Positions 6,201-13,042 of a stretch of 57,926 nucleotides of DNA are shown here, piece by piece. The notes under the pieces are model-generated. The model saw only the letters and a list, made by a program, of their open reading frames with translations, did not search any database and was not told the origin of the DNA. Positions within the stretch are counted from its first letter, which is position 1. Each line of letters starts with the position of its first letter. The stretch lies in the IMG/VR virus record IMGVR_UViG_3300029305_004519, positions 77,541 through 135,466 of that record; one strand, given 5' to 3'. The position numbers and the translations under genes were made by a program. Source of the stretch: a virus.

Positions 6201-6233
6201 AATATGTATTTTCCTTTCCTTTATTGTATCTAT

Positions 6234-6262
6234 ATTATATCATAAAAGCGGGAAAATGTCAA
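6234..6262 (-). promoter_or_regulatory. Consensus promoter
   Basis: Plus tgtcaa at 6257-6262 and attata at 6234-6239 with a 17-bp spacer. Confidence 0.7.
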
Positions 6263-6323
6263 TAGTCAAATGTAACAAAGTTTTGGAGAAAAAAAGATGG
6301 TGATTTGTACAGATTGCACAAAA

Positions 6324-6380
6324 CGGCTCGCGGCGGAGGATCGCGAGCCGGGCAAAGAAAAAAGGTGCCTGTTGGCACCT
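6324..6380 (-). terminator. Tandem rho-independent terminators after the 6380-6565 gene
   Basis: Hairpin CGGCTCGCG-loop-CGCGAGCCG is followed by UUUUGUG. Hairpin GGTGCC-aaca-GGCACC is followed by UUUUUUCUUUG on the minus strand. Confidence 0.65.
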
Positions 6381-6565
6381 TAATCAATGATGAGGATATT
6401 CTCTTGCGGGAGCCCGAGGGAGATTGCATACCAAAGGGCATCGTCTACACTCTCGCAATCTTTTAGTTTAATTATTTTGAATTCATTTCTGACACGACAT
6501 TCATAGTTAGTTTTGTCAGTAATGCACCATCCATAGAAAAAATCTTTCCATAAAATATATTGCAT
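6380..6565 (-). CDS. Hypothetical protein (61 aa)
   Basis: ORF track entry. AGGGGGTAG Shine-Dalgarno. Confidence 0.5.
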   Translation of the reverse strand: MQYILWKDFFYGWCITDKTNYECRVRNEFKIIKLKDCESVDDALWYAISLGLPQENILIID

Positions 6566-6579
6566 TTTTCTACCCCCTA

Positions 6580-6816
6580 TCAGTAAGTGTCATAGCCGAG
6601 GCAATCGCCTTCGGCATCGGTAATAAGAGCAACGAAACAAGCGTATTCAAAGTTTTCATCAGCGGTTGCTTGGCAACGAGTGATGAAATCTTCCATTTCT
6701 TCGCCTTCTTCCTTTTTCCATTCTACAAGGAAAATTTCACCGCTTTCCCTGTCATAGAATTTGGCGTCAAGCCATTCGCCAACTTTTGTCTGTTCCCAAA
6801 TCTGTTCGTTTGTCAT
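6580..6816 (-). CDS. Highly acidic small protein (78 aa; 22 D/E residues against 4 K/R)
   Basis: ORF track entry. AGAGAGG Shine-Dalgarno. Candidate DNA mimic by composition only. Confidence 0.55.
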   Translation of the reverse strand: MTNEQIWEQTKVGEWLDAKFYDRESGEIFLVEWKKEEGEEMEDFITRCQATADENFEYACFVALITDAEGDCLGYDTY

Positions 6817-6860
6817 TTGTGTTTACCTCTCTTTTATGTATTTGTCCTTTTGACACTCTT

Positions 6861-6889
6861 ATTATATCATAAATAAATGTATTTGTCAA
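6861..6889 (-). promoter_or_regulatory. Consensus promoter
   Basis: Plus tgtcaa at 6884-6889 and attata at 6861-6866. Confidence 0.7.
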
Positions 6890-6922
6890 GTATTTTTGCA
6901 AAGTTTTTTTGAAATATCGAAC

Positions 6923-7043
6923 AAGTTTACAAAATGTTCATAATTTAACAGCAGGTCTTAAACTACTGCTTTTACGGGTAACAAAATAGAAATGAATGGT
7001 TCATAATTTTGCGTATAAAAGTTTACAAACTGTTCACAAAATG
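6923..7043. repeat. Three iteron/operator-like repeats (GTTTACAAAATGTTCATAATTT, ATGGTTCATAATTTTG, GTTTACAAACTGTTCACAAAATG) upstream of the 6861-6889 promoter
   Basis: Direct reading gives a shared core TTTACAAnnTGTTCAyAA. Related copies lie at 8655-8715 upstream of another promoter. Confidence 0.5.
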
Positions 7044-7045
7044 CA

Positions 7046-7081
7046 AAAAGCGCGCCGCCCCGGGTGTCAGCGGCGCGGCGA
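7046..7081 (-). terminator. GC-rich terminator hairpin after the 7100-7384 gene
   Basis: GCGCGCCGC-loop-GCGGCGCGG is followed by CUUUUUGCAUUUU on the minus strand. Confidence 0.5.
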
Positions 7082-7099
7082 TGGAAAGAGGACTGCTTG

Positions 7100-7384
7100 T
7101 TAGCAGTCCCCTGTGTAGCAACCCATGTAAGGGTCAAAGCCAGTTTCATCGACGTCAGGCTCATAGTCCTCATCTTCCTCGTCCCAATCCTCATTGTAGT
7201 AGAGGCTTTCGGTGCCGTGGTGGTAGATGATTTGCGCCATAGGGGTAGCCTCGTCTTTGGTGAGGTGGTCATCTGCGACAAGGTCAACCAACCGCGCGAT
7301 TGCAATGGTATGGGGGTCTTCAAGCCCGAACTCCGAGCAGGCGAGGTTGTGGCAGTTGATGAGCGAAAGTTTGGTGTAATCCAT
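7100..7384 (-). CDS. Hypothetical protein (94 aa) with an acidic C-terminus; paralog of the 8116-8316 protein
   Basis: ORF track entry. AAAGGAGAA Shine-Dalgarno. Shares the motif ACxxxGLEDxHTIAIA with the 8116-8316 product. Confidence 0.55.
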   Translation of the reverse strand: MDYTKLSLINCHNLACSEFGLEDPHTIAIARLVDLVADDHLTKDEATPMAQIIYHHGTESLYYNEDWDEEDEDYEPDVDETGFDPYMGCYTGDC

Positions 7385-7387
7385 GGT

Positions 7388-7645
7388 AGTTCTCCTTTAT
7401 GTAGATTGAATTGGCTCTGCTCCGTCCATCCGAGGCGGTCGGCTCCTATGAGCGGACTGTGCCATCCTCGGCATCTTTGCCCTACTTGGTTTATATAGCG
7501 ATGGGCGTCTAACACGGTCTTTGCTGACCTCTGACTGCGCTCTGCGGAGAGCGGGCTCTTTACACCGCTTGCAAGGGTACTCGTTTCTTCAAGTTGTGGC
7601 TAAACTCGGTTGGTAGCGCTCCCAACGGCTTTCCCCTTGACACCT
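7388..7645 (-). ncRNA. Long (~250 nt) GC-rich untranslated leader or candidate structured RNA between the promoter and the 7100-7384 gene
   Basis: No ribosome-binding-site-preceded ORF. Several internal complementary segments such as CCGAGG/CCTCGG. The track ORFs here (6958..7515, 7064..7498) lack Shine-Dalgarno sites and look like compositional artefacts. Confidence 0.25.
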
Positions 7646-7647
7646 AT

Positions 7648-7676
7648 ATTATATCACACTTTCGGGCAAAAGTCAA
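7648..7676 (-). promoter_or_regulatory. Sigma-70-type promoter (TTGACT-17-TATAAT)
   Basis: Plus agtcaa at 7671-7676 and attata at 7648-7653. Confidence 0.7.
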
Positions 7677-7736
7677 TAGGTAATATTGCACAAACTTTTG
7701 GCGCCAAATTTGTGCATCTTGCACAAGAAGGCAAAA

Positions 7737-7800
7737 TCGTCGCGCCACGACCGCTGGCGCGACGGCGAAGGGAAAGAGGGCTTTTCAGCCCTCTCTTTGT
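7737..7800 (-). terminator. Tandem terminator hairpins after the 7785-8081 gene
   Basis: AGAGGGC-loop-GCCCTCT at about 7776-7797 and GTCGCGCCA-loop-TGGCGCGAC at about 7741-7767 are followed by GAUUUUGCC. Confidence 0.55.
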
Positions 7801-8081
7801 TTCAATGCGCGATAAGCATCGCGCTCTTCTTTGGTATCAAACCATGTCTTTTCGCCGTACATCCAAATCATATCAACGGAGTCGACACAGTGCACAAGAG
7901 CGAAGCCTTTATGCGCTTGTTGATGTGTGGCTCTAATGGCATATGGGCTACCATTCAAGCGTGCGGTTGAAACGCTCTCTCTGGTAGTTGCAATTTGATA
8001 TTCTTCAATAAAAGCAGGCGTTGCAAGAAAGGGACGTTTTACGCCAAGGACTTTGTAAAGCTCTCTAATAGAATGTTTCAT
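7785..8081 (-). CDS. Hypothetical protein (98 aa)
   Basis: ORF track entry. AGGAGGA Shine-Dalgarno. Confidence 0.55.
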   Translation of the reverse strand: MKHSIRELYKVLGVKRPFLATPAFIEEYQIATTRESVSTARLNGSPYAIRATHQQAHKGFALVHCVDSVDMIWMYGEKTWFDTKEERDAYRALKQREG

Positions 8082-8115
8082 GATATATCCTCCTGTTCGA
8101 TGGGGTAGAGGACTA

Positions 8116-8316
8116 TTAGTCCTCTACCATATGGTATGCGCCGATTGCTTGCATATAGATCGCACGACAGACCATTGCCGCATCCCAACATTTGGCGCCG
8201 CCGGCTTCATGCATTTCTACAATTCCGGCTATTGCAATGGTGTGCTTATCCTCAAGCCCAAGGTCAGTGCAGGCTTTATCCAGCCACTGCCGAGGAGTCA
8301 TGAAATAGTTGCTCAT
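8116..8316 (-). CDS. Hypothetical protein (66 aa); paralog of the 7100-7384 protein
   Basis: ORF track entry. GGAGGTG Shine-Dalgarno. Carries the GLEDKHTIAIA motif. Confidence 0.55.
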   Translation of the reverse strand: MSNYFMTPRQWLDKACTDLGLEDKHTIAIAGIVEMHEAGGAKCWDAAMVCRAIYMQAIGAYHMVED

Positions 8317-8328
8317 ATGCCCACCTCC

Positions 8329-8520
8329 TTATGCGCCGAGGGCTCTAAAACGGAGCCCTTCATATGTGCCGTGATAAAAGCGCCACTTGCCTGCGCCGTA
8401 GCCATAACGAACATTCCAACGCGTATTGCGTGTAACGTGACGGCGGAGCGCATTGCCCGTCATAGAGCCAAGGACTTCGCCTGTCTCAAGATTATAAGCC
8501 CAGTGTTTGCAGTTAGTCAT
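8329..8520 (-). CDS. Basic small protein (63 aa)
   Basis: ORF track entry. GGAGGT Shine-Dalgarno. Confidence 0.5.
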   Translation of the reverse strand: MTNCKHWAYNLETGEVLGSMTGNALRRHVTRNTRWNVRYGYGAGKWRFYHGTYEGLRFRALGA

Positions 8521-8577
8521 AATAGACCTCCAAGTATGTATTCAGAGGGGGAGCGTCCTCCGCCCTTCTGTGTCTAT

Positions 8578-8606
8578 ATTATATCACATAAAGGCGCAAA
8601 AGTCAA
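8578..8606 (-). promoter_or_regulatory. Sigma-70-type promoter (TTGACT-17-TATAAT)
   Basis: Plus agtcaa at 8601-8606 and attata at 8578-8583. Confidence 0.7.
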
Positions 8607-8654
8607 TGAATAAATTGTAACTTATATATGAATATTTTATGAACTTTGCGGGAC

Positions 8655-8715
8655 GGGAAGTGTTCACATTTGGTTCAAACAACTGAAACAAAAAATTTAC
8701 AATTTGTTAACAAAT
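8655..8715. repeat. Operator-like repeats related to the 6923-7043 set (GTGTTCACATTTGGTTCAAACAA, TTTACAATTTGTTAACAAATC)
   Basis: Same TTTACAA..TGTT.A.AA core, found upstream of a different early promoter. Confidence 0.4.
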
Positions 8716-8721
8716 CTTAAA

Positions 8722-8800
8722 AGCGGCGCGTCGCGGGGGATGACGCGCCGGCCGGCACTTCAAGAAGGCGCAACCCTATGACCGGGCGCGCCTTCTTCGC
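8722..8800 (-). terminator. GC-rich terminator hairpin(s) after the 8815-8964 gene
   Basis: GGCGCGTC-loop-GACGCGCC is followed by UUUUAAGAUUU. A second hairpin GAAGGCGC-loop-GCGCCTTC follows. Confidence 0.5.
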
Positions 8801-8814
8801 TGATATGGGATGCC

Positions 8815-8964
8815 TTATACTATACACACATAGGTTCCGGCTCTTGTCCCTTCAGCCTGATACACTTCGGTAATATCAATATTACCGCTATTGCTGTCAA
8901 ATACCCGGATGGGCATATTCTCGTCATATTGGTTAAGCAATTCTTTCAACTCTTTTATAGTCAT
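8815..8964 (-). CDS. Hypothetical 49-aa protein
   Basis: Part of ORF 8815..9006, using the internal Met MTIKEL with a GGAGGGAG Shine-Dalgarno. Confidence 0.4.
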   Translation of the reverse strand: MTIKELKELLNQYDENMPIRVFDSNSGNIDITEVYQAEGTRAGTYVCIV

Positions 8965-8981
8965 GATATAACTCCCTCCTA

Positions 8982-9146
8982 TTAATCGCGGTCTTTCTTC
9001 TTCCAAATCCCTATGAGGATTGAAATCTCATTGCAAATAGTTACAAATACCGCAACCAATGCAATCATAAGTGGGGTAACATTAAACATGCCACTGCTAT
9101 ACATTAAAAGCAGAATAGTCAACCCTATCAAATACATTCTTTCCAT
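8982..9146 (-). CDS. Hypothetical 54-aa membrane peptide (two hydrophobic segments)
   Basis: AAGAGG Shine-Dalgarno. Its start overlaps the upstream stop (TAATG). Below the track cutoff. Confidence 0.35.
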   Translation of the reverse strand: MERMYLIGLTILLLMYSSGMFNVTPLMIALVAVFVTICNEISILIGIWKKKDRD

Positions 9147-9418
9147 TATGCCCAACCTCTTTCTTTCTTAATTTGCTCATATCGAGCTTTATTCTCTGCC
9201 TCAATGCGCGCCTTATCATAGACGCGCGCCTTGATTTGAGTATATCCATATTTACGCATGTCGCGCACTGTCATATGACGTTTTGCTAACATCTTCGTGA
9301 CAGCCTTTTGTTGATATGCGACTTTATTCGCCATATAGTCTACCCATGACGCAACTTCTATCAATTCGGAAAGCGGTCTATAACCGCTTTCCGATATAAT
9401 GGTGACTTGAATCTGCAT
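9146..9418 (-). CDS. Hypothetical protein (90 aa)
   Basis: ORF track 9146..9421 trimmed to its ATG. AGAGGTAAT Shine-Dalgarno. TGATG overlap with the Lar gene. Confidence 0.55.
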   Translation of the reverse strand: MQIQVTIISESGYRPLSELIEVASWVDYMANKVAYQQKAVTKMLAKRHMTVRDMRKYGYTQIKARVYDKARIEAENKARYEQIKKERGWA

Positions 9419-9630
9419 CACATTACCTCTATACTTTCATTGTTCCATGCTTCAATGGCGAGGTCTACGGTATAGCCGGTTTTGCCTGCCGCTTCACAAG
9501 TGGGGCATTGCATAAAATAACCCTCATCCCAACCGGCAAACTCCCGGTTGATTCTATGCAATTGAGTTTTACAGTAGGGGCAGGGGCGGATATAATCCGC
9601 CTGCCCTTTTTCGATTGCTTTAATTTTCAT
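9418..9630 (-). CDS. lar: Lar-family restriction alleviation protein (70 aa zinc ribbon)
   Basis: CPYCKT...CPTCEAAG...AIEAWN matches the Lar family pattern CPxC..C..C with AIEAWN. Confidence 0.7.
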   Translation of the reverse strand: MKIKAIEKGQADYIRPCPYCKTQLHRINREFAGWDEGYFMQCPTCEAAGKTGYTVDLAIEAWNNESIEVM

Positions 9631-9824
9631 TTATTTAATTCTCCTTTCGCTAATGCCAAAGTATAGGCGTGATAATCATCGCAAAATTTTTCAATCGAAA
9701 GAATTTCGCAATCCTGTTCGATAATATGTGCCAATGCGGTATGCATGCCGCCGCCCGATACAGTATAACTATCACATGGAGTGGTAATTCGATAACCTGC
9801 TTTTTCTTCATATCTTGTAAACAT
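9627..9824 (-). CDS. Hypothetical protein (65 aa)
   Basis: ORF track entry. GAAAGGAAGG Shine-Dalgarno. Confidence 0.5.
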   Translation of the reverse strand: MFTRYEEKAGYRITTPCDSYTVSGGGMHTALAHIIEQDCEILSIEKFCDDYHAYTLALAKGELNK

Positions 9825-9846
9825 ATAAATACCTTCCTTTCTATGT

Positions 9847-9867
9847 GGGGTAGGTTTAACCTACCCC
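9847..9867 (-). other. Perfect 10-bp hairpin (GGGGTAGGTT-t-AACCTACCCC) with the stop codon of the 9856-10107 gene in its loop, just upstream of the next ribosome-binding site
   Basis: Same arrangement as the hairpin at 5573-5594. Confidence 0.4.
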
Positions 9868-10107
9868 GTTTATTTTCATGGCGTCAAGCATCTCGCCCGC
9901 GCCCTGTTCGACTTCTTCCGCCAATGCGGTGAAAAAATCATCTTCCGATTCTTCCACCACGGGAGCGGTAACAAGCTCCACATGAGAGCTAACGAAAAAC
10001 AATTCGTTTACCTCTTGAATTGTTTCACCATTTACTAAAATGGTTTTGTGGGGGTCGCATTTTTGCAATTCTTGAATAAGTTGAGAAACAGACATTGACA
10101 TGATTTT
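9856..10107 (-). CDS. Hypothetical acidic protein (83 aa)
   Basis: ORF track 9856..10119 trimmed to Met MSMSVSQ with an AAAGGAA Shine-Dalgarno. Confidence 0.5.
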   Translation of the reverse strand, partial: KIMSMSVSQLIQELQKCDPHKTILVNGETIQEVNELFFVSSHVELVTAPVVEESEDDFFTALAEEVEQGAGEMLDAMKINGVG

Positions 10108-10138
10108 GATTCCTTTCATATGTAAAAAATTTTTTTGA

Positions 10139-10240
10139 TTAATTGAACAGACAACCCAACAGATGAACGACTAAACCGAACAGACAAACACCAATAAATG
10201 CGCCAATAGATAAGAGTACTAAAAGCAATTCAAGTGGCAT
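10139..10240 (-). CDS. Hypothetical 33-aa hydrophobic peptide (MPLELLLVLLSIGAFIGVCLFGLVVHLLGCLFN)
   Basis: GGAAGTG Shine-Dalgarno. It is the first gene after the leftward divergent promoter. Confidence 0.3.
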   Translation of the reverse strand: MPLELLLVLLSIGAFIGVCLFGLVVHLLGCLFN

Positions 10241-10293
10241 TTTTTTCACTTCCTTTCAATTTGATTTTTTGCCGTGTTTACCACCGCAAGACT

Positions 10294-10322
10294 ATTTTAC
10301 CACAAAGCCAAGCATTTGTCAA
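10294..10322 (-). promoter_or_regulatory. Leftward promoter of the divergent control region (TTGACA-17-TAAAAT with an extended TG)
   Basis: Plus tgtcaa at 10317-10322 and atttta at 10294-10299. The TTGCACAAA element is inverted-repeated at about 10336 and about 10373. Confidence 0.6.
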
Positions 10323-10547
10323 CACTTTTTTCATTGTCATTTTGCACAAATTTTTTGGGGGTTTGAGAATTTTTTTTGTGCAAACTACACACAATTATAA
10401 GAGGTATTTTTGGGATTTTGAAATTTCTATTTTCTTCCAAAGCCTTTCCTACGGCAATTCACTCCTAGAAAATTCATTTCATTTCAAAAGACGAACAGGA
10501 TTTTTATAGCTCTCTCTCCAAACCAATAATCCAACGAAAAATTATCA

Positions 10548-10557
10548 CACGCATATG
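10548..10557. promoter_or_regulatory. Perfect palindrome CGCATATGCG about 25 bp upstream of the rightward promoter's -35; candidate operator
   Basis: Read directly from the sequence. Confidence 0.3.
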
Positions 10558-10579
10558 CGATCCCTAACCTCGACCGTTC

Positions 10580-10608
10580 TTGACAACTTTAAAATTTTTT
10601 GGTAAAAT
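10580..10608 (+). promoter_or_regulatory. Rightward promoter (TTGACA-17-TAAAAT, extended -10 TGgTAAAAT) driving the recoded gene block
   Basis: TTGACA at 10580-10585 and TAAAAT at 10603-10608. AAAGGAG Shine-Dalgarno and ATG at 10646 follow. Confidence 0.65.
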
Positions 10609-10645
10609 CCTTATAAAGATAGATGAAAGGAGTCTTGCTAAATAA

Positions 10646-11761
10646 ATGTTAGAAGAAGCAGAATTAATAGAAGACAAAATGCAAGAAGCATAGATTGAGC
10701 CTCCTTCTCCAATTAAATTAGACTATACTCTTAAGACATGCGACGAGCGCGCGGCCTTGGTATAGCGCATCATTGAGTCAACGCCGGGCGCCCAACTATC
10801 AAATCGATATCTTGAAATTCTCGGTGATTACATCATGGGCGCCATTACCAAAGAAGAGCGCAAAGAAAAATTATATCTAACAGACAACCGCCTTGTAACT
10901 ATTAATAAGCGCGAAACCTCATATGAAGGCATGGTTGAAAAATTTGAAAATGGTGAAGATGGTATCTACAATCTCATCACCAATGACAAAAATATTCTTT
11001 TTTAGCCTAAAGTTAGCATAACAGATCAAGATATTGAAGAAGTACCAGGTCTAAAAGAGTTGCGCGCGGCCATGAAAGAAATTGAGGCAGAGGGAAAAGC
11101 GGCAACGGGCAGGCGCAAATACCTATTGAAAAAACAATTAATTGAAATGCGCCGCGATCAATACGTGCTTAAAAACGCCTATAAGCCACCGATGGCGCTT
11201 ACCCCTTCAGCGCGCGCCATTAATAAAATAGATTTATCTGAGCGGAGATACATTGATGAGAATGGAGACCCACAAAGCACCGGTTTAGTTTCATTCTTTA
11301 ATCCCAAGCATATCTCTGCGCTTTTGTGCAACTATAATGCGTTAAAGATTGAAACCAAAGGGCGCTATTGGGACGATTTCTTTTATTTAATGGAGGCGTT
11401 CGATGAATTAATAAAATAGGCGCTGGCGCCTTACCCTATGTATCAAGAGCTAGTCCGTATGAAGATAGACGGGGCGCCCAACAGTGAAATTCAATAGGCG
11501 CTCGCCGAACACTACAATACCTAGCACTCGGCGCAATATATCTCATCCTTATGGCGAAATAAAATTCCAAAAATCATTGCGGAATAGGCGCAAAACGATT
11601 ATTTAATATGGCATTACCAAAATGAAGAAAAGGGACAATGGAAAAAATGTTCCTGCTGTCATCAATATAAACTGGCAAATGCGCGCTTCTTTTCCCGTAA
11701 TAAGACTTCAAAAGATGGTTGGTATAGTATATGTAAAGCCTGTAGAAATAAAAAAATTTAA
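10646..11761 (+). CDS. Hypothetical protein (371 codons including about 6 in-frame TAG) with a C-terminal Cys-rich zinc ribbon (CSCCH...CKAC)
   Basis: A single frame runs from ATG 10646 to TAA 11759-11761, interrupted only by TAG. ORF-track pieces such as 11060..11419 are in the same frame. Confidence 0.6.
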
Positions 11762-11825
11762 TCTCATTTTTATAAAATATGATTAATTAAATTTTTAGTT
11801 TACTACGAAAGGAGAATTAAAACCT

Positions 11826-13037
11826 ATGGCAAAATATCATTGTGATAAATGTAATAAAGAATTAGAAGAAGTTAACTTCTATAAATATCGAGATGGCAGT
11901 TATGTAGAACTGTGCAAAAAATGTTTAACTATGCACGTGGATGTATTTGATCCTTCTACCTTTACCTGGCTATTAGAAAAATTAGATGTACCTTATATTC
12001 CTCAAGAATGGAATACAGTTATTGAAAAAAAGATGGCGCGCAAGCCCGATGCGCCGATCTCTCACTCAGCTGTTTTCGGCTCCTATATATCAAAAACTAA
12101 ATTAAAGCAATGGAAAGATTTCTATTGGAAGGATAATGATCTTATTTAGGAAAGATTTTTTGCGCAAAGCGCCCAGCTGGATGAGGAAAAGGCTGAGCTT
12201 GACGCGCTGTATCAAGAACAATACGAAGCAGGCTAGATTTCTGAAGCACAATATAAAACTTTAACATCGCCAAAGGCGCGCAATGACCAAATGATGAATA
12301 TGCTTGCGGCGCAAGGTCCTTATCTTGGAGAAAATAACGCTTATGACGAGAATTTCTTTATCGACGAGTCAGAGCTACCAGATCCCGCAAATTCGCTTAC
12401 ACAAGAAGATAAAATTTATCTTGCTATGAAATGGGGTAAATTATACAAACCAAATGAATGGGTTGAGCTTGAAAAAGATTATACAAAAATGAAATAGTCC
12501 TTTGATATTCAAGATGCAGACTCTGAAAATACTCTGATTTTATTATGTAAGACAAATCTTAAAGCTAATCAGGCGATTGACTGCGGTGATATTGAAGGAT
12601 TCCAAAAGTTATCTAAAGTTTCAGAATCATTGCGTAAGTCTGCTAAGTTCACCGCACAATAGAACAAAGATGAAAAAGGTGATTACGTAGACTCTATTGG
12701 TCAGCTTATTGCAATATGCGAAAAAGAGGGCTTTATTCCTCGCTTTGCAACTGATATTCCTCAAGATAAAGTAGATATGACTTTGCGTGATATGAACGAA
12801 TATGTGCGCAAACTTGTAACTCAGGATTTAGGATTTGGACAATAGATCGAAGATTCGTTGAAGAAGATTATGATTCAAAATGAAATGAATAAAGAGGCGG
12901 AAGCTCGCTAGGAAGAAGAGGGCGATGATTATGATCCTTACGCACCTACTGAATTAGAAGATGAAGATATCGTGGATTATTATGATAATATTATGAATTA
13001 GAAATTATATGATAGTAATATCTATGACAAGGGGTGA
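11826..13037 (+). CDS. Hypothetical protein (403 codons, TAG-containing) with an N-terminal zinc ribbon (CDKCNK...CKKC) and an acidic C-terminus; possible packaging-associated or small-terminase-like protein
   Basis: Frame 0 from 11826 to TGA 13035-13037. Track ORFs 11826..12149 and 12291..12497 are in frame. It sits immediately upstream of terL. Confidence 0.5.
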
Positions 13038-13042
13038 GGCTT

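Noticed and set aside
6958-7515. 185-aa minus-strand ORF and 144-aa plus-strand ORF in the GC-rich leader
   Set aside because: No Shine-Dalgarno sites. They span a terminator and a promoter. Compositional artefacts of GC-rich DNA.
7610-7970. Plus-strand ORFs 7610..7936 and 7686..7970
   Set aside because: They are antisense to the Shine-Dalgarno-preceded 7785-8081 gene and overlap its promoter and terminators. No ribosome-binding site.
8080-8613. Plus-strand 177-aa ORF overlapping the minus-strand genes 8116-8316 and 8329-8520
   Set aside because: No ribosome-binding site. Low-complexity, Cys/Pro/Arg-rich translation. The minus-strand genes have Shine-Dalgarno sites and fit the promoter-terminator architecture.
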